A DNA stretch of 63,181 nt, the filler included, from Folioceros fuciformis (taxonomy: Eukaryota): NCBI GenBank assembly GCA_049999805.1. It is 6 parts of 6 records of this genome, joined end to end, with 100 filler letters (N's around TTAATTAATTAA, not from the genome) between each part and the next. Parts side by side here need not be neighbours in the genome. Positions count along the whole stretch, not along the records: positions 41,451 to 56,632 come from JBNGIO010005380.1; positions 56,733 to 61,761 come from JBNGIO010005384.1; 4 more parts are not named here. One strand, given 5' to 3'. A program made the position numbers and the translations under genes. The notes beneath the pieces are model-generated. The model saw only the letters and a program-made list of their open reading frames with translations, did no database searches and was not told the DNA's origin. Positions 46,934 through 58,149 of this stretch are shown here, one piece after another. How positions within the stretch are numbered: the stretch's first letter is position 1; each line of letters opens with the position of its first letter.

Positions 46934-49900
46934 GTGGTCATTGAGTTGTTCGCGACGGTAATTGGTTGGGCGCACGAGTTTTGCTTGCAGCGGACTGTCC
47001 CTGCCTCCTATTTCTACCGAGTAGTCAATCGCAAAGGTCCGGAGGCAGCGAGGAACGATGATTCCCGGAGGGCGAGGGGCCGGTTTTCGCTCATCTCTGA
47101 CGAGAGGTATGCTTCTGACGATGTATGGATCCTCCCTGTGCAAGCTACCGCTTTAAAGCCTGCTCTCACCGTTGCGAAATTGGACTCTCCAGGGTCCCGA
47201 GGAGTGGACGGGCCGTACGACAGGGAGGCTGGTCGAGCAAGAGAGGATCCACCTGACGCCCACGCCGCCCAGTGGCGAACTGAAGCTCAGAGGCTCGCGG
47301 CAGCGTACCTAGCGGAAGTTGCCCACGTCGATCAGCTCGGTGGTCAGGAAGTCGACTCCAGAGGCGATGATATCGATGCCACAGGGGGAGGCGTGAGGGG
47401 ATCGGAAAATTTTCTCGCATACAGAGTCTCTGAACGGGACAAACCGAAGCCCTATGTGGACAGGGATGTAATTGCGGAGGAGTCCCGTGGATTCGAGGGC
47501 CTGTCCAGAAGAGCGGGTGGAGATGATGGGCGGAAGACTGGTTTCATGCGCTTTGACGAGGCGGAGTATGGTTATGGCGACTTCAAGCTCGGCAGCAGCC
47601 AGGTTTTTGGAAAGGCTCCGTATGACGACTATGGGAGAGAGCCGAGATTTAGAGATGAAGCCAAAGAGCTTGACGTTTTGACAGGTGTCACTAGGCATGA
47701 GAGGGAACTGGCCACGTACAGCAGAGACGGGTATGATCCTCTGAGACCTTCCAGAAGAACTAGAAGGAGGGAGGGCATGGATTACGAGGGTGGAAGGAGG
47801 TACCCTGAGGATGAAAGGGTGGAGGACCTCTACTCGGTCAGAGGTGACAGTGTTTTGGGGAAGAGGAAAGTCAAGCCTTATGAAGGTGGCAGCGCCAAGG
47901 ATTATTACTCGGACAAGAGGCCAGTCTATCTCACGACTTTGGAAGCTGAACAGCTTCGACGGCCGAAGGGTGACGCTGATTTGGTTCTCGAGGAATATGA
48001 TTTTAAGGAGTTCGGAGGAGTGAAGAACGACATGCTGGTGGAAGGCCAGGACATGGTGGGTGGGTTGGTGGAACATGTCAGCAGGGGTGTACAAGACCTG
48101 GCATCACGGAGAGAGCGGTCTTTGAAGTCTGAAGCCTACGACCGCAGGTCTGCCCTTAGTGAAACGGTCAGTGATCGGGACTCAGACCGTCACTTCTCTT
48201 CCCGTGGAAGAAGAGGGAGGAGGCCACCTCCAAGAGGGCATTACAGTGGGGACTACCATGATGGTAGCGATTCTCGCCATGGCGGTTCACCCAGGACTCA
48301 TGCCCGAGGACCATCATACGTGGAAGAGAGGTTGGGCGGAAAGGGCGATTATCGGTATACACCCGCACTATTTGTTCGTGATCCTTCCAATGGTCACCGT
48401 TACAAGTCCCATGAGTCTGCCATGGATAAGGGCTATGAAGCAGCCTTGGAGCACGATAGGATACAGTCCCCCGCTGGTTATGAGCTGGGAAATGGTGGTT
48501 CATGGAGGGGTCGCAGTGGTGATGGTGGTGGCAGGGGCCACGATATGATGGAAGTGAGTGGACGGGATAAGCTTGCATTTTTGCACCATCCTGATAGCAC
48601 CTCGTTCCTTCCTTCTTCTAGGCACCATAGTGGTCCTCGATCTAGCTTTTCGAAGTACAGGCCTGACTATTATGAAAGAGACAGCTGGGCACCAACTTTC
48701 AGGGGGAGTAGGCGGGGCCGGAGAGGATCCCGGCACTGGGGGGGCGTTTCTCAGGCTGACGAACTTTTTCGCATGCATAACATGAAGGCAAGAAAGTATG
48801 CTGGTGAGGACTTTGCAGAGCCTCGATATAGAAGTTGGAGTCACAAAAGACCGCATAGAAGTCCCTCACGTTCAGGTGACCACAAAGCAAGTAGTAAAGA
48901 CTCGGATTGGGACGCAGATGCCGCAGATGGTGCTGTAGAGAAGCCAGATGGTGCTGTAGAGAAGCCAGATGGTGATGTTACCCCACTAAGGGATTCATCA
49001 CCCGGAGCGAATGGGGCGTTAGAACCTTCAGGTGTGGATGACGGATCATTGGGTGTCGTCATGGACTCGTCAGCTGTGACTGGAACTAGTTCCTTTCTTT
49101 CTCTATCGACGTCAGCCCATCATGAAATAAGTCCGCCTGTTCCTGAGCCAAACCCCGTCTCTTCTGATTTCAATCCACCCGTCCCTGATATTAATTCTCC
49201 TGTTCTTGAAGCAGATGATGGTGTTCCTGAGACACTTCCTTCCGTTTCTCAATCAAATCCATCTGTGTCCGGGGAGAGTCCTGCTGTTCCTGAGACGGAA
49301 TTCACTCTGTCAAATGTGACTGCTCCTGAGCCATTGGCTTCTGAGACAATGTCTGCTGTCGACAAGGTGGATGATATTATTCCGGAAATCAAACCCTCCC
49401 TTGGGCTCAGTGCTACTGCTCTTGAACGAGCATCAGCTGTTGATGAGTCTTTTCTCGCCTTTTCTCAACCAGATTGTGTTATCCTTCCATCAACCTGTTC
49501 AAAGTCTACATCTACCTCCCCTGCACCAGAGGTAGCCTCAACTGTTCCGGATTTAGTTCCATGTGCACTTGACTCAGGATCACCTATTTCTGAACGAACC
49601 AACTCCCCGGCTGAATCGGTTGCCACTTTTACTGAGTTAAAGCCAATTCTTCCCTCTTTCGTTGTTGGAACGAGGGTGGGAATCTTTCATGCGGACCAGC
49701 GGGACCCAGAGAGTGGAGCCGTGGTGTGTATCACCAGTCGGATGGAGGTTGTTGGAAGTGAGGGTACTGTCACGAGCACAGGGGAAGAAGCAAGCAGGCT
49801 GCAAGATATGGTAATGGCATCGGAGGGCAAACCAGCAGATGAACATCCAAATGAAGGCCTACTAGATGTCCAGACGAATAGCTTGGATGAATCAAGAGAG

Positions 49901-51654
49901 AAAACAGAAGCATACCAGCTTCAAGAGGATGCAGCGTTTCAGCTGTACACAAAGTTGTTTAAGGAAAGCACGGATTGGCGGAAGATGTATGAGGATCAGC
50001 GCCACTCCGGCAGTTTCGGCTGTGATGTCTGTCTCAGCTCTGGTATCATGTAAGTGTCTTGGCGGAAGTTCCTGCAAAACTGGCTTTAGATTTTGCAAGA
50101 AGGCTCCAGATTGTCATTTTTCTGCGATGACCTGCATTGTTGCTTTGTGCTCTCTGACTCTTACTGTTTGCAGAATCAAATACGCCAACCTTGCAAGCCT
50201 CATGGAGCACACGAACAGTTTTTCGAACTCCAATGAGCTTGCTGATCATCGGGGTTATGCTCGGGCAGTTTCTCACTTCCTGGAGTTGAGTTCATCTCCC
50301 CCGGAGGCAATGGAGCCTTGCAGTGCGGAGCCGAAGCAGGAGTTAAACTCGACAGCCGATGCTGCACTGACTCACCAGGTACTAGTAGGTTCTATTTGAT
50401 TGATTGCTTCTAGGTGCACAGAGCTTGTTTCAGCATCCTACTTGCCGCACGTGACATTGACCTTCAATCTTGCAGGCCACAGAAGATACAGAAACTGTAG
50501 CGTCAAGGGCCTTGGAGGACACCCAAGTTGAGGAGGTAACAGCCTCAGGTTCGCTCTCACATTAAGCCTGTCTTCTTTCGGTTGGGTAGGTCAGACAGTT
50601 TTCACCCCTGCATTGAGTGCTAATTGAGGGGTTTCTGGCAACGGGATAGTTTAGCCTTGGTAAACGGTCACGTCCAGCTGGAAACTAGGCCGTAGGTGCC
50701 GTTATGCTTACCCATGTTCCACGATATCAAGATCCTTTAGGACAGGAGTTCCCAGACCACAAATCCAAGGGTTTCCTGCTGTTTGATCTCCAGCCTCATC
50801 AGCTCCACTAACCTCTAAAGGATAGAATCTTCAACTGTCGAGCTACTAATATTTGGCGGAGGTCCTATTGGAGTGAATCCCTTATCTCGCTAAGGATAGT
50901 AATAACTGACGGAGGTCCTTAACTGATGGGATCCCCTAAGTTTGTCCCGCTATAGATGCCCAGCTAGACTCATCAGAAAGCGCTGCCTCTTCAAACCTTT
51001 GTTGAACTTTTCGGAGAGGTTAGCCTTGGAAAATTGGTAACGTCTAGCTTGGAGCTAGGCTGTAGGTGTCTTGACGCTTACCCATGGTCGTCGAGATCAA
51101 GATTCTTTAGGACAGGAGTTTTCAGACCACAAATGCAAGGGTTCCCTGCTGTTTGATCTCCACCATCAGCTCCACTGACGTCTAGATGATGGAAGCCTTT
51201 ATCTTCAACTGTCGAGCCAGTAATATCTGCCGGACGTCTCATCGGAATGAATTCCTAATCCCCCTAAGGATCCTAAGGATAGGAAACATCTCGTGGAGGT
51301 TCCTATCGGAGGAAATCCCTTAAGCTTGCCTCTCCCTAAGGATGCCCAGCCAGACTATTCAGAAAACACTGCCTCCTTTAACCTTTGTTGAACTTTTCGG
51401 CCTGGCCCTTCCGATACCTTTCAGCTGTATGGATCTTTCCCCTCCAAACTTGTCGAAACGTCTTCCTTAACCTTACCTTCCCTCCAGCAGATCCAAGGTG
51501 CTGCATTTGGATGAGACCTCTCTCCTTTGGGCCTATCGACGTTGCCATTATCACTTTATTTCTTTCCCTCGAATGACCGAGACGTTGCTTTTTGGCAGTT
51601 GATGGAGATCACGTAAAAGGTGTCAGTCACGTGTTATCCCCACTGAAGGATTAA
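46934..51654 (+). CDS. Large intrinsically disordered R/D/G/S-rich protein with a C-terminal CxxC..H..H putative zinc-binding domain; start uncertain
   Basis: A ~1040-codon open exon runs to 50049, followed by in-phase GT-AG exons 50174-50378, 50476-50548 and 51599-51654. Motif: AAFQLYTKLF..RKMYE..GSFGCDVC..LASLMEH..ADHRGYARAV. The ORF-track start is GTG; the first in-frame ATG is at 47546. Confidence 0.7.
50651..51400. repeat. ~370-bp tandem direct duplication inside an intron
   Basis: Copies ~50651-51013 and ~51020-51400 share TTAGCCTTGG.., TTTAGGACAGGAGTT..CAGACCACAAAT and AACCTTTGTTGAACTTTTCGG. Confidence 0.85.
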
Positions 51655-52360
51655 GTAGGAGCAGTGTTGACCAAAAATCAGACGGTGCTATGTAGGACCT
51701 GCTAGTAGTTCATTGGATTATATCAAGGCCCCAGCCAACTGGGCCCTTGAACGACAAATTTCCTGTCGTGCTAATTATCCTGAACGGAACTACCTAAGAC
51801 ACTTTAAATTTATGGCGACGCATCACTGTGTTACCTACAACACCTCTCACACGCGTGAAGGAGAAGTGGTCTTGAACGATAAGCCCGTCTGCTCCAGTGT
51901 AAAGAGTCCATGGACTGCTCGCTGCTGCCGATAACGATTTGCATTTGTCAGTCTCCCCGAGTGCATCTCACCGCCACCGCCCCGTAGGTCGTATGCGAGA
52001 TCTTGAAATGCATGCCCTGAATTGGATTTGAGGAAGAAGGGAATACTTTATCTTCCACGTCATAGGAGTACCGTCATGTTGTGAGAGGGAATCACGGAGT
52101 GTCGACTTGGCAGTCACTTGGCTTCCATCTTGCACTCGTCCACACAAGCCTCCATCACTTGTAGCCTTGGCGAGTCTTGATCCCTCGCTGCTGACAGCCA
52201 GAGGCTTCTCAACTCCGCTTCTATTTCCGACGTGACCAGCACCGAGCACTTGCGGTGAGCATCTGCGTCCCTGGTCCTGGTTCTGACTGAGTCTGTTGAT
52301 TCTTCTGAGGGCGTAACGGTTGCGTTCTTGCGCTGGACGATATCGCGTGCACTTAGGACC

Positions 52361-52929
52361 ATGACGGGCTCTGGATCACCCACAGCGGCCCACAGGAAGG
52401 GCAGAAAGGGCGATGGTTCTACCCGTCTGGACAAGCACTCAGGTGCGGTTGCTTATGCAGCTTTGTACCACTACTTATAGCTTTTCTTTGGTGGAGAGAG
52501 AGCCTTGGCTAATTCGTTGTGCTACTTACTTGTTCAGGAACAGGGAGGCTGGGCGGAGCGAAGAAAGGTACAGGACTTAGGCATCTCGCTCAGCTCAGAA
52601 ACGAAATGCGGTGCGGGTTTTGATGATGCGTGACATGTGCAGGCGGTGCAGGAGGCAGCTACACATGGGGTGTTCCTGGCCAAGAGTTTCTGGATGGTGA
52701 CGTCTTGGCAATCGATCGGAGCGACCCGAACTACCTGGACGACGACGAGCTTGCAGCCACTGTACACGAGGAGTACGTTGCCTTCACCCTCAGCAAGCTG
52801 GGTGCGAGATGGCTCTCTTACGGGTGATCAAAGAAACTACTTGTGTCCTTATGTTGTCTTTATTTTGGCAGGTCTGTTGAAAAGGTCGAAGATGAAGCTG
52901 AGCCTGTTGTCAAAGTAGTCGAAGACTAA
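52361..52929 (+). CDS. 99-aa miniprotein consisting of a PDCD4-N/SERBP1-like ribosome-binding motif without MA3 domains (4 exons)
   Basis: Exons 52361-52442, 52538-52567, 52643-52772 and 52872-52929 have GT-AG introns of 95/75/99 bp and splice in frame (300 nt). Product: MTGSGSPTAAHRKGRKGDGSTRLDKHSGTGRLGGAKKGGAGGSYTWGVPGQEFLDGDVLAIDRSDPNYLDDDELAATVHEESVEKVEDEAEPVVKVVED. Confidence 0.8.
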
Positions 52930-53608
52930 GCTCTCCTTGCGAAAACTGTTGATTTGAGTGAAGTCACATGGAGAAGCTAGGGACTTCGCTAGGGACTTCT
53001 CTCCCTGTACATACCTTGGCATTGGACCAGCCGCGTAGTTGGACGACGATGTTGACTGGATTTTGGCTCTTTCTTGAGACAGTTGGATGTCACAACGTCA
53101 TCTATGTAGTGGGCAAATAGATGGGCAGTTCACTCAGTTAATTTGCCTAATTACTGGCATGTTTGATTGCACACACATACGAGCATAGAGAATTCTGCTC
53201 GTCATACACACAAATCATACAGTAGTGAAGCGTGAAAATCTTGCTACAGAATTCACAACGACCGATCCTGCATGTTACACAGGAAGAAAGGTTTCCCTAA
53301 CATCTGCAGCAGCTTAATCAGACAAAGCTACGTGCTAGTTCCCCCCTAACAGAAGATTTGTAACACCTCACAAGACGACAGGACCTGTAACACCTGACCG
53401 TCCAAAAATCGATGAGCCATGGGAGAGACTCTCAACCTCGGGCACTAAGGATTTTGCAACTATCCGCAGATGTCCAGAGCGCTCGGGAAAAAACCGATTG
53501 TCAAATGACGTGCACACGTACCATACTGTAGGGAACAGACCATCGCACACAACAAAGCCAAAATGCCGAGGTTCTCCTCTACACATCACATCACATAACG
53601 TGCAGAGG

Positions 53609-56600
53609 TCAGTCAGGAAACCCACGCGCTGCCAAAGCTGCTTCGAAACGCTTGAATGAAAGAGGACGCAACTCCGTGCTCGTATCATCTTGAGGGGCTG
53701 GATAGTAATCCGACCGGAGCTGAAAGTCACGCAAATTGGTGCACTGTTTCAGCATGAAGAGAAAGTGTTCATGCACCGTGCCATGAACAAACAGCTTTCT
53801 TAGAGTGACACACTCCGACATCAGCCCCACTGCCGGAAGGGAAAGACCTCGGTGATTGAGATCTTTGTCAACTGGCGGACTGTACTTCAACTCCATCAGC
53901 CCCAGCTGCCTCAAATCTGTTAAGAGAAACCTTTCCCACTGGCTCAGGTCATGTCGACCCTGCGGGGCACTCAAGGCATAGCCCACTGCGTCACTGAAAT
54001 CCAGCTCGAGCTTTGAGAGGGAACGGTAGCGAGCCAGAGACCCCAAACCCCAGGAATTTGCCGGTGGCTTATACAGCTCTTTTACCTCGCCTTCTGCCCT
54101 GATATTGATCTCCTCTAAGACAGGACAAGAGCTGAGGCCCATGGCAGAGAGGTACTTGAGCAATGTCCAGGGTGTCGTCCACAAGGACAGAGACCTTAAG
54201 GAGCTCCACGTGCAGGGAGGTGGCTTCCGCCTTCGAGGAGTGGAATACTGAGTGCCACTCCAACCCATGGACAACACATCAGAAACATTGAGTGGATGTG
54301 TCGAATCATGATTTAGCTTGCCTCTTCCCGTGCCCGCCAGAGAATTGGAAGCTGTCTTATGGGCTGGAAACTGAGAAGTAGCCGACCAACCAGACGGTAG
54401 CTGCATCCAACTCTCTGCATGGTTCATTCCCGAAAGCTGATTACTGAACTGTGAGCACGAAACGCCATCTGGTGTGCTGCTAACATAAGCAGATTGCTGG
54501 CCACCGGCATCACTGAAGCAGCCACGGCCTTTCGTTCGAGAAGCAGAATAGGAATGATGCGAATCATAAAGGCCTGGAACTCCCATAACAACAAAAGAGT
54601 CATCATCATCTAGAGATCTCCTTATCCTTTTACTAGGAACCTGCATCCCTCCTTCCCCTGGATCAAAACCTATGGTCACAAAGTCACTGGCGTCTCCCGC
54701 ATCAAAGCCCATCGTCACAAAACCTGTATCTTGCTCTCCAGCATCGAAACCCAGCGTAACGAAGTCACTGTCCACGCAACCCATCCGGTCTGTAGACTTG
54801 TAACACCCATGCCCTGGTGCATGACTCGGTTGTGTGACGTGGAAGCGTGGCGGTGCAGGATATGGTTCTGGTGCATGATACCCAACAGCCACGAAATCAG
54901 TTCCTTCGCCAACGGAATCAAAGAAACCTGCACCTAGGGACGGTTCCGAGCCCCGCTTTCTGGACTTGCTCTTCCTGCTACTCAAGGCGGGGTGTCGTTC
55001 ATGACCAGAGTTCTTGCTCATAGCGTCCTGAAACAGATCTTCAGCACTCATGTTGAGTATGTCAGCAACGCTCAACTCACCAGACTGCCCAGATGTGCCT
55101 ACAGCTGCGGCTTCTTCGCGCGCTACAATTTCCTCATCCCAGACGCAGTCTATGCTGAGAGTGCGAATCACGGGCTGTATTGGCTCCAGGGCTCGCAAGA
55201 CCTGGGCACAGTTGAGCTGCCCGCAGCTGGTCACCTCCACATCCCGAAGAGTCGGGGCCAGGCACTTTACGCAGTTTGCAAGCCCATCGTAGGATATGCG
55301 CCCAACGCTCCGCAAATGCAGTTCCTGAAGACGTGTACAACCCTTGGCAATGGCAGACAAGGACCTGTCCACAAGGTCTGCACAATCCTTGATGGACAAC
55401 TTAACCAGCTGCTTGCAAAGAGCAAGTCCATCTGGCTCCGGTCCCTTGCACACTCCGTGAAAGTGGCTCAACCTAAGAACTCTCAGATTCTTGCAGTGGC
55501 TCTGTAGGGACTCCAGCGCAGGACCTGCATCCCTGACATTCTGAGCCAGGAAGAAGACCAGCTCTTCGAGGTGAGGAAGAGACTTGAACATTTCCTGCAG
55601 TCCAGTGCGAGTGATGTTGGCATCCTCCGATGCAATACTGTCTGTAACTCGACCTCGAGACGGATCCCACGCATTAGTGTCCACTAGATGGAGCACCCGG
55701 AGCTTTGTACAGGTTGTACCAAGGCCCATCAGGGCCTCGTCCCCGACGGGATCCACAAATCGTGGGTCGAAATCGCACAACACAAAAAATTCCTCCAAAT
55801 TCTTACAGCACTGGGTGATAGTCCGAAGCTCCTGCGACCGGAAGCCCTCTGGCGAAATCTTCAAGAGATTCAAACTCCGAAGGTTGCTAGCACAAGAGCC
55901 TTCCACAGCCAAGGCAGGGGCCACATCCTCCGTCCAGCAGTAAAACTTAGAAAGGTCCAGGCTGTTGAGTTTGGGGCAATTACTGAGCAAGCACACGAAC
56001 TCGCTCCCAGCTTCCAGGGCCGACTCAGGGCCGGCCGGCCTCTGATGCCATCTAACGAGCCGCACAGACTCCACGGAGGGCCACAAACAGGCCACCATCT
56101 GCACATCGTGCACACTCTTGGCATAGATAGTCACCTCCTTCACCAGGGGAAACGCTTGCAAGATGAGCCGGGCAAATCGATCCCCCTGCCTGATAGCCAT
56201 GTAGATAGAGTAACCCCAGGGAGAGACCAGCGACAAGTCAAGGCAAGTCACTTGATTGAAGCACATGGGAAGGGAGGCGAGATCAACAATGTTACCCCGC
56301 AAAGTCAAACTAGTCCTCGTCAGCCGCTCCAGCAGGTACCAATCACGGCACACAAGGGACATGCAATTCCTGGCGCGCACGTCAGTGACGCAGTTGAAAA
56401 TGCTGATGAGAATCGGCTCAGGGATATCAGAGATGTGCGTGCCATGCAGCCCGCACTTGCAACCAGGCGGATGCCTTGCATGCCTCTGCAACTCGGGCCC
56501 CAAGAACGGAGCGTGCAGCACAGGCGGGGGCTCCATGAGGAATGCTCCCGCACCGGACCCCGGGAAGTGCCCCCAGCCCGGTGCCGCAGCCGTGGACTGC

Positions 56601-56623
56601 AAAACCCCGCCCCCGAAATCCAT
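53609..56623 (-). CDS. MAX2: F-box/LRR protein MAX2/D3 (karrikin/KL-strigolactone signalling) with a ~300-aa internal insertion
   Basis: F-box ISDIPEPIL..RARNCMSLVC..LERLTRTSLTLRGN, LDLSLVSPWG, LVRWHQRP, LDLSKFYCWTED, and C-terminal LRKLFVHGTVHEHF..DYYPAPQDDTSTELR. Intronless. The frame is open to the adjacent gap, so the true start may lie upstream. Confidence 0.95.
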   Translation of the reverse strand: MDFGGGVLQSTAAAPGWGHFPGSGAGAFLMEPPPVLHAPFLGPELQRHARHPPGCKCGLHGTHISDIPEPILISIFNCVTDVRARNCMSLVCRDWYLLERLTRTSLTLRGNIVDLASLPMCFNQVTCLDLSLVSPWGYSIYMAIRQGDRFARLILQAFPLVKEVTIYAKSVHDVQMVACLWPSVESVRLVRWHQRPAGPESALEAGSEFVCLLSNCPKLNSLDLSKFYCWTEDVAPALAVEGSCASNLRSLNLLKISPEGFRSQELRTITQCCKNLEEFFVLCDFDPRFVDPVGDEALMGLGTTCTKLRVLHLVDTNAWDPSRGRVTDSIASEDANITRTGLQEMFKSLPHLEELVFFLAQNVRDAGPALESLQSHCKNLRVLRLSHFHGVCKGPEPDGLALCKQLVKLSIKDCADLVDRSLSAIAKGCTRLQELHLRSVGRISYDGLANCVKCLAPTLRDVEVTSCGQLNCAQVLRALEPIQPVIRTLSIDCVWDEEIVAREEAAAVGTSGQSGELSVADILNMSAEDLFQDAMSKNSGHERHPALSSRKSKSRKRGSEPSLGAGFFDSVGEGTDFVAVGYHAPEPYPAPPRFHVTQPSHAPGHGCYKSTDRMGCVDSDFVTLGFDAGEQDTGFVTMGFDAGDASDFVTIGFDPGEGGMQVPSKRIRRSLDDDDSFVVMGVPGLYDSHHSYSASRTKGRGCFSDAGGQQSAYVSSTPDGVSCSQFSNQLSGMNHAESWMQLPSGWSATSQFPAHKTASNSLAGTGRGKLNHDSTHPLNVSDVLSMGWSGTQYSTPRRRKPPPCTWSSLRSLSLWTTPWTLLKYLSAMGLSSCPVLEEINIRAEGEVKELYKPPANSWGLGSLARYRSLSKLELDFSDAVGYALSAPQGRHDLSQWERFLLTDLRQLGLMELKYSPPVDKDLNHRGLSLPAVGLMSECVTLRKLFVHGTVHEHFLFMLKQCTNLRDFQLRSDYYPAPQDDTSTELRPLSFKRFEAALAARGFPD

Positions 56624-56835
56624 CAACCCTTGNNNNNNNNNNNNNNNNNNNNNNNNNNNNNNNNNNNNNNNNNNNNTTAATTAATTAANNNNNNNNNNNN
56701 NNNNNNNNNNNNNNNNNNNNNNNNNNNNNNNNTGTGGGGAGGAAGGAGGAGGAGCGGCGTAGCATGGGTGGAGGGGCAGGATGCAGGACGAAGCAAGGAT
56801 GAGGGGGAGGAGGGAGAGCAAGGAGGTGAAAGAGA

Positions 56836-58149
56836 ATGAGCTGGAAGGGACGGCCTGGGGCCCGGAGCAGCAGCAGCAGCGGCAGCTCCAGAGGTGGAAG
56901 CGATGGCGGCAGCACCAGCTGCGAGGAGAAGGGGAAGGAGGAGACAGCGGAAGGAGGCGGGCACGCCTCCGCCTTCTCTTTAAAGGAGGCTGAGCCGTTG
57001 ATGCGCATGCGGCCGGTGGCAGCGTTGGAGAGACGGCGGGCAGTGTTCGGGGAGGACGCCTTGGCAGGGGCGACTCTCGGAGCGATGGCACACACTCTGG
57101 TGGCGCCCCTGGAGCGCGCAAAGCTGGTTCTGCAGACGCAGGAGGGGAACTCGGTCATCCGGGCCGGCTCGCAGGCACGATACAAGGGCCTCGTGGATTG
57201 CATCGTGCGCGTGGCTCGGGACGAGGGAGTTTTATCGCTCTGGCGCGGTAACGGGACCAGCGTTATTCGCCATTACCCCTCCCTTGGCCTCAATTTCGCC
57301 TTCAAGGTCTGTATGTATGTGCTGAGTCCGCAGCTCGTTGCTTTCGCATGTCAGTTGCTCTGTCTTTTAGTTTTGTGGATGCAAATGGATCTGTTCCACT
57401 AGCAATCCTGTTGAAGGCTTGTTGATTCGTGGATCCATCCTTGGGAATTGATCTTTGCTTGCAAGCAAACCAAGCAAGCTGACATTGTGTTCAACGGGGC
57501 TATGCAGGACCTTTATCGCAACATGCTGATGTCGAGACGGGAGGGGCAGGGCCGGCCAGGTAGCCTGGCCACGGCTCCAGCAAATTTCTTGGCTGGAGCA
57601 GCAGCCGGATGCAGCGCGCTGCCCTTCGTTTACCCGCTGGACATTGCACACACCAGGCTGGCGACCGACCTCGGTAATGGCCAGGCGCGGCAGTTCAAGG
57701 GAATTTGTCACTTTTTGGCCACCGTTTACCGGATTGAGGGCATCCGGGGCGTCTACCGGGGCCTTCCAGCCTCCCTGCACGGCATTGTGGTACACAGGAG
57801 CATCTACTTCGGGGCGTTCGACACGGCTAAGGATTACCTCAGCGGCCAGGAGCAGGTCAACTTGGCGTTTTGGAAGAAATGGTTGGTGGCTCAGGCTACC
57901 ACATCCGCGGCTGGCCTTATCTCCTATCCTCTGGACACGGTTAGACACCGCATGATGATGCAGGCGGGCTTGGAGCCGCATCGGAGAGTGTTTCAGAGCA
58001 CCATGGATTGCTGGAGGCTGATCTACAGGATGGAAGGGCTGGGCTCCTTCTACAGGGGCTTGGGCTCCAAGATGATCAGATGCACGGGGTCAGCCATCGT
58101 CCTTGTGCTCTACGACGAGCTCAAGTACCTTCTGCACTGGCGCTCATGA
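56836..58149 (+). CDS. Mitochondrial-carrier-family ADP/ATP carrier-like protein (PM-ANT/At5g56450-like), 2 exons
   Basis: Exons 56836-57306 and 57508-58149. Motifs APLERAKLVLQTQE, LWRGNGTSVIRHYPS..NFAFKDLYR, YPLDIAHTRLATD and YPLDTVRHRMMMQ. Confidence 0.9.

Noticed and set aside
51654-52361. PDCD4-like exons as the 3' end of the upstream 46.9-kb gene
   Set aside because: The upstream gene has its own in-phase terminal exon with TAA at 51652-51654, and the small gene has its own ATG in good context (ACCATG). Not excluded without cDNA.
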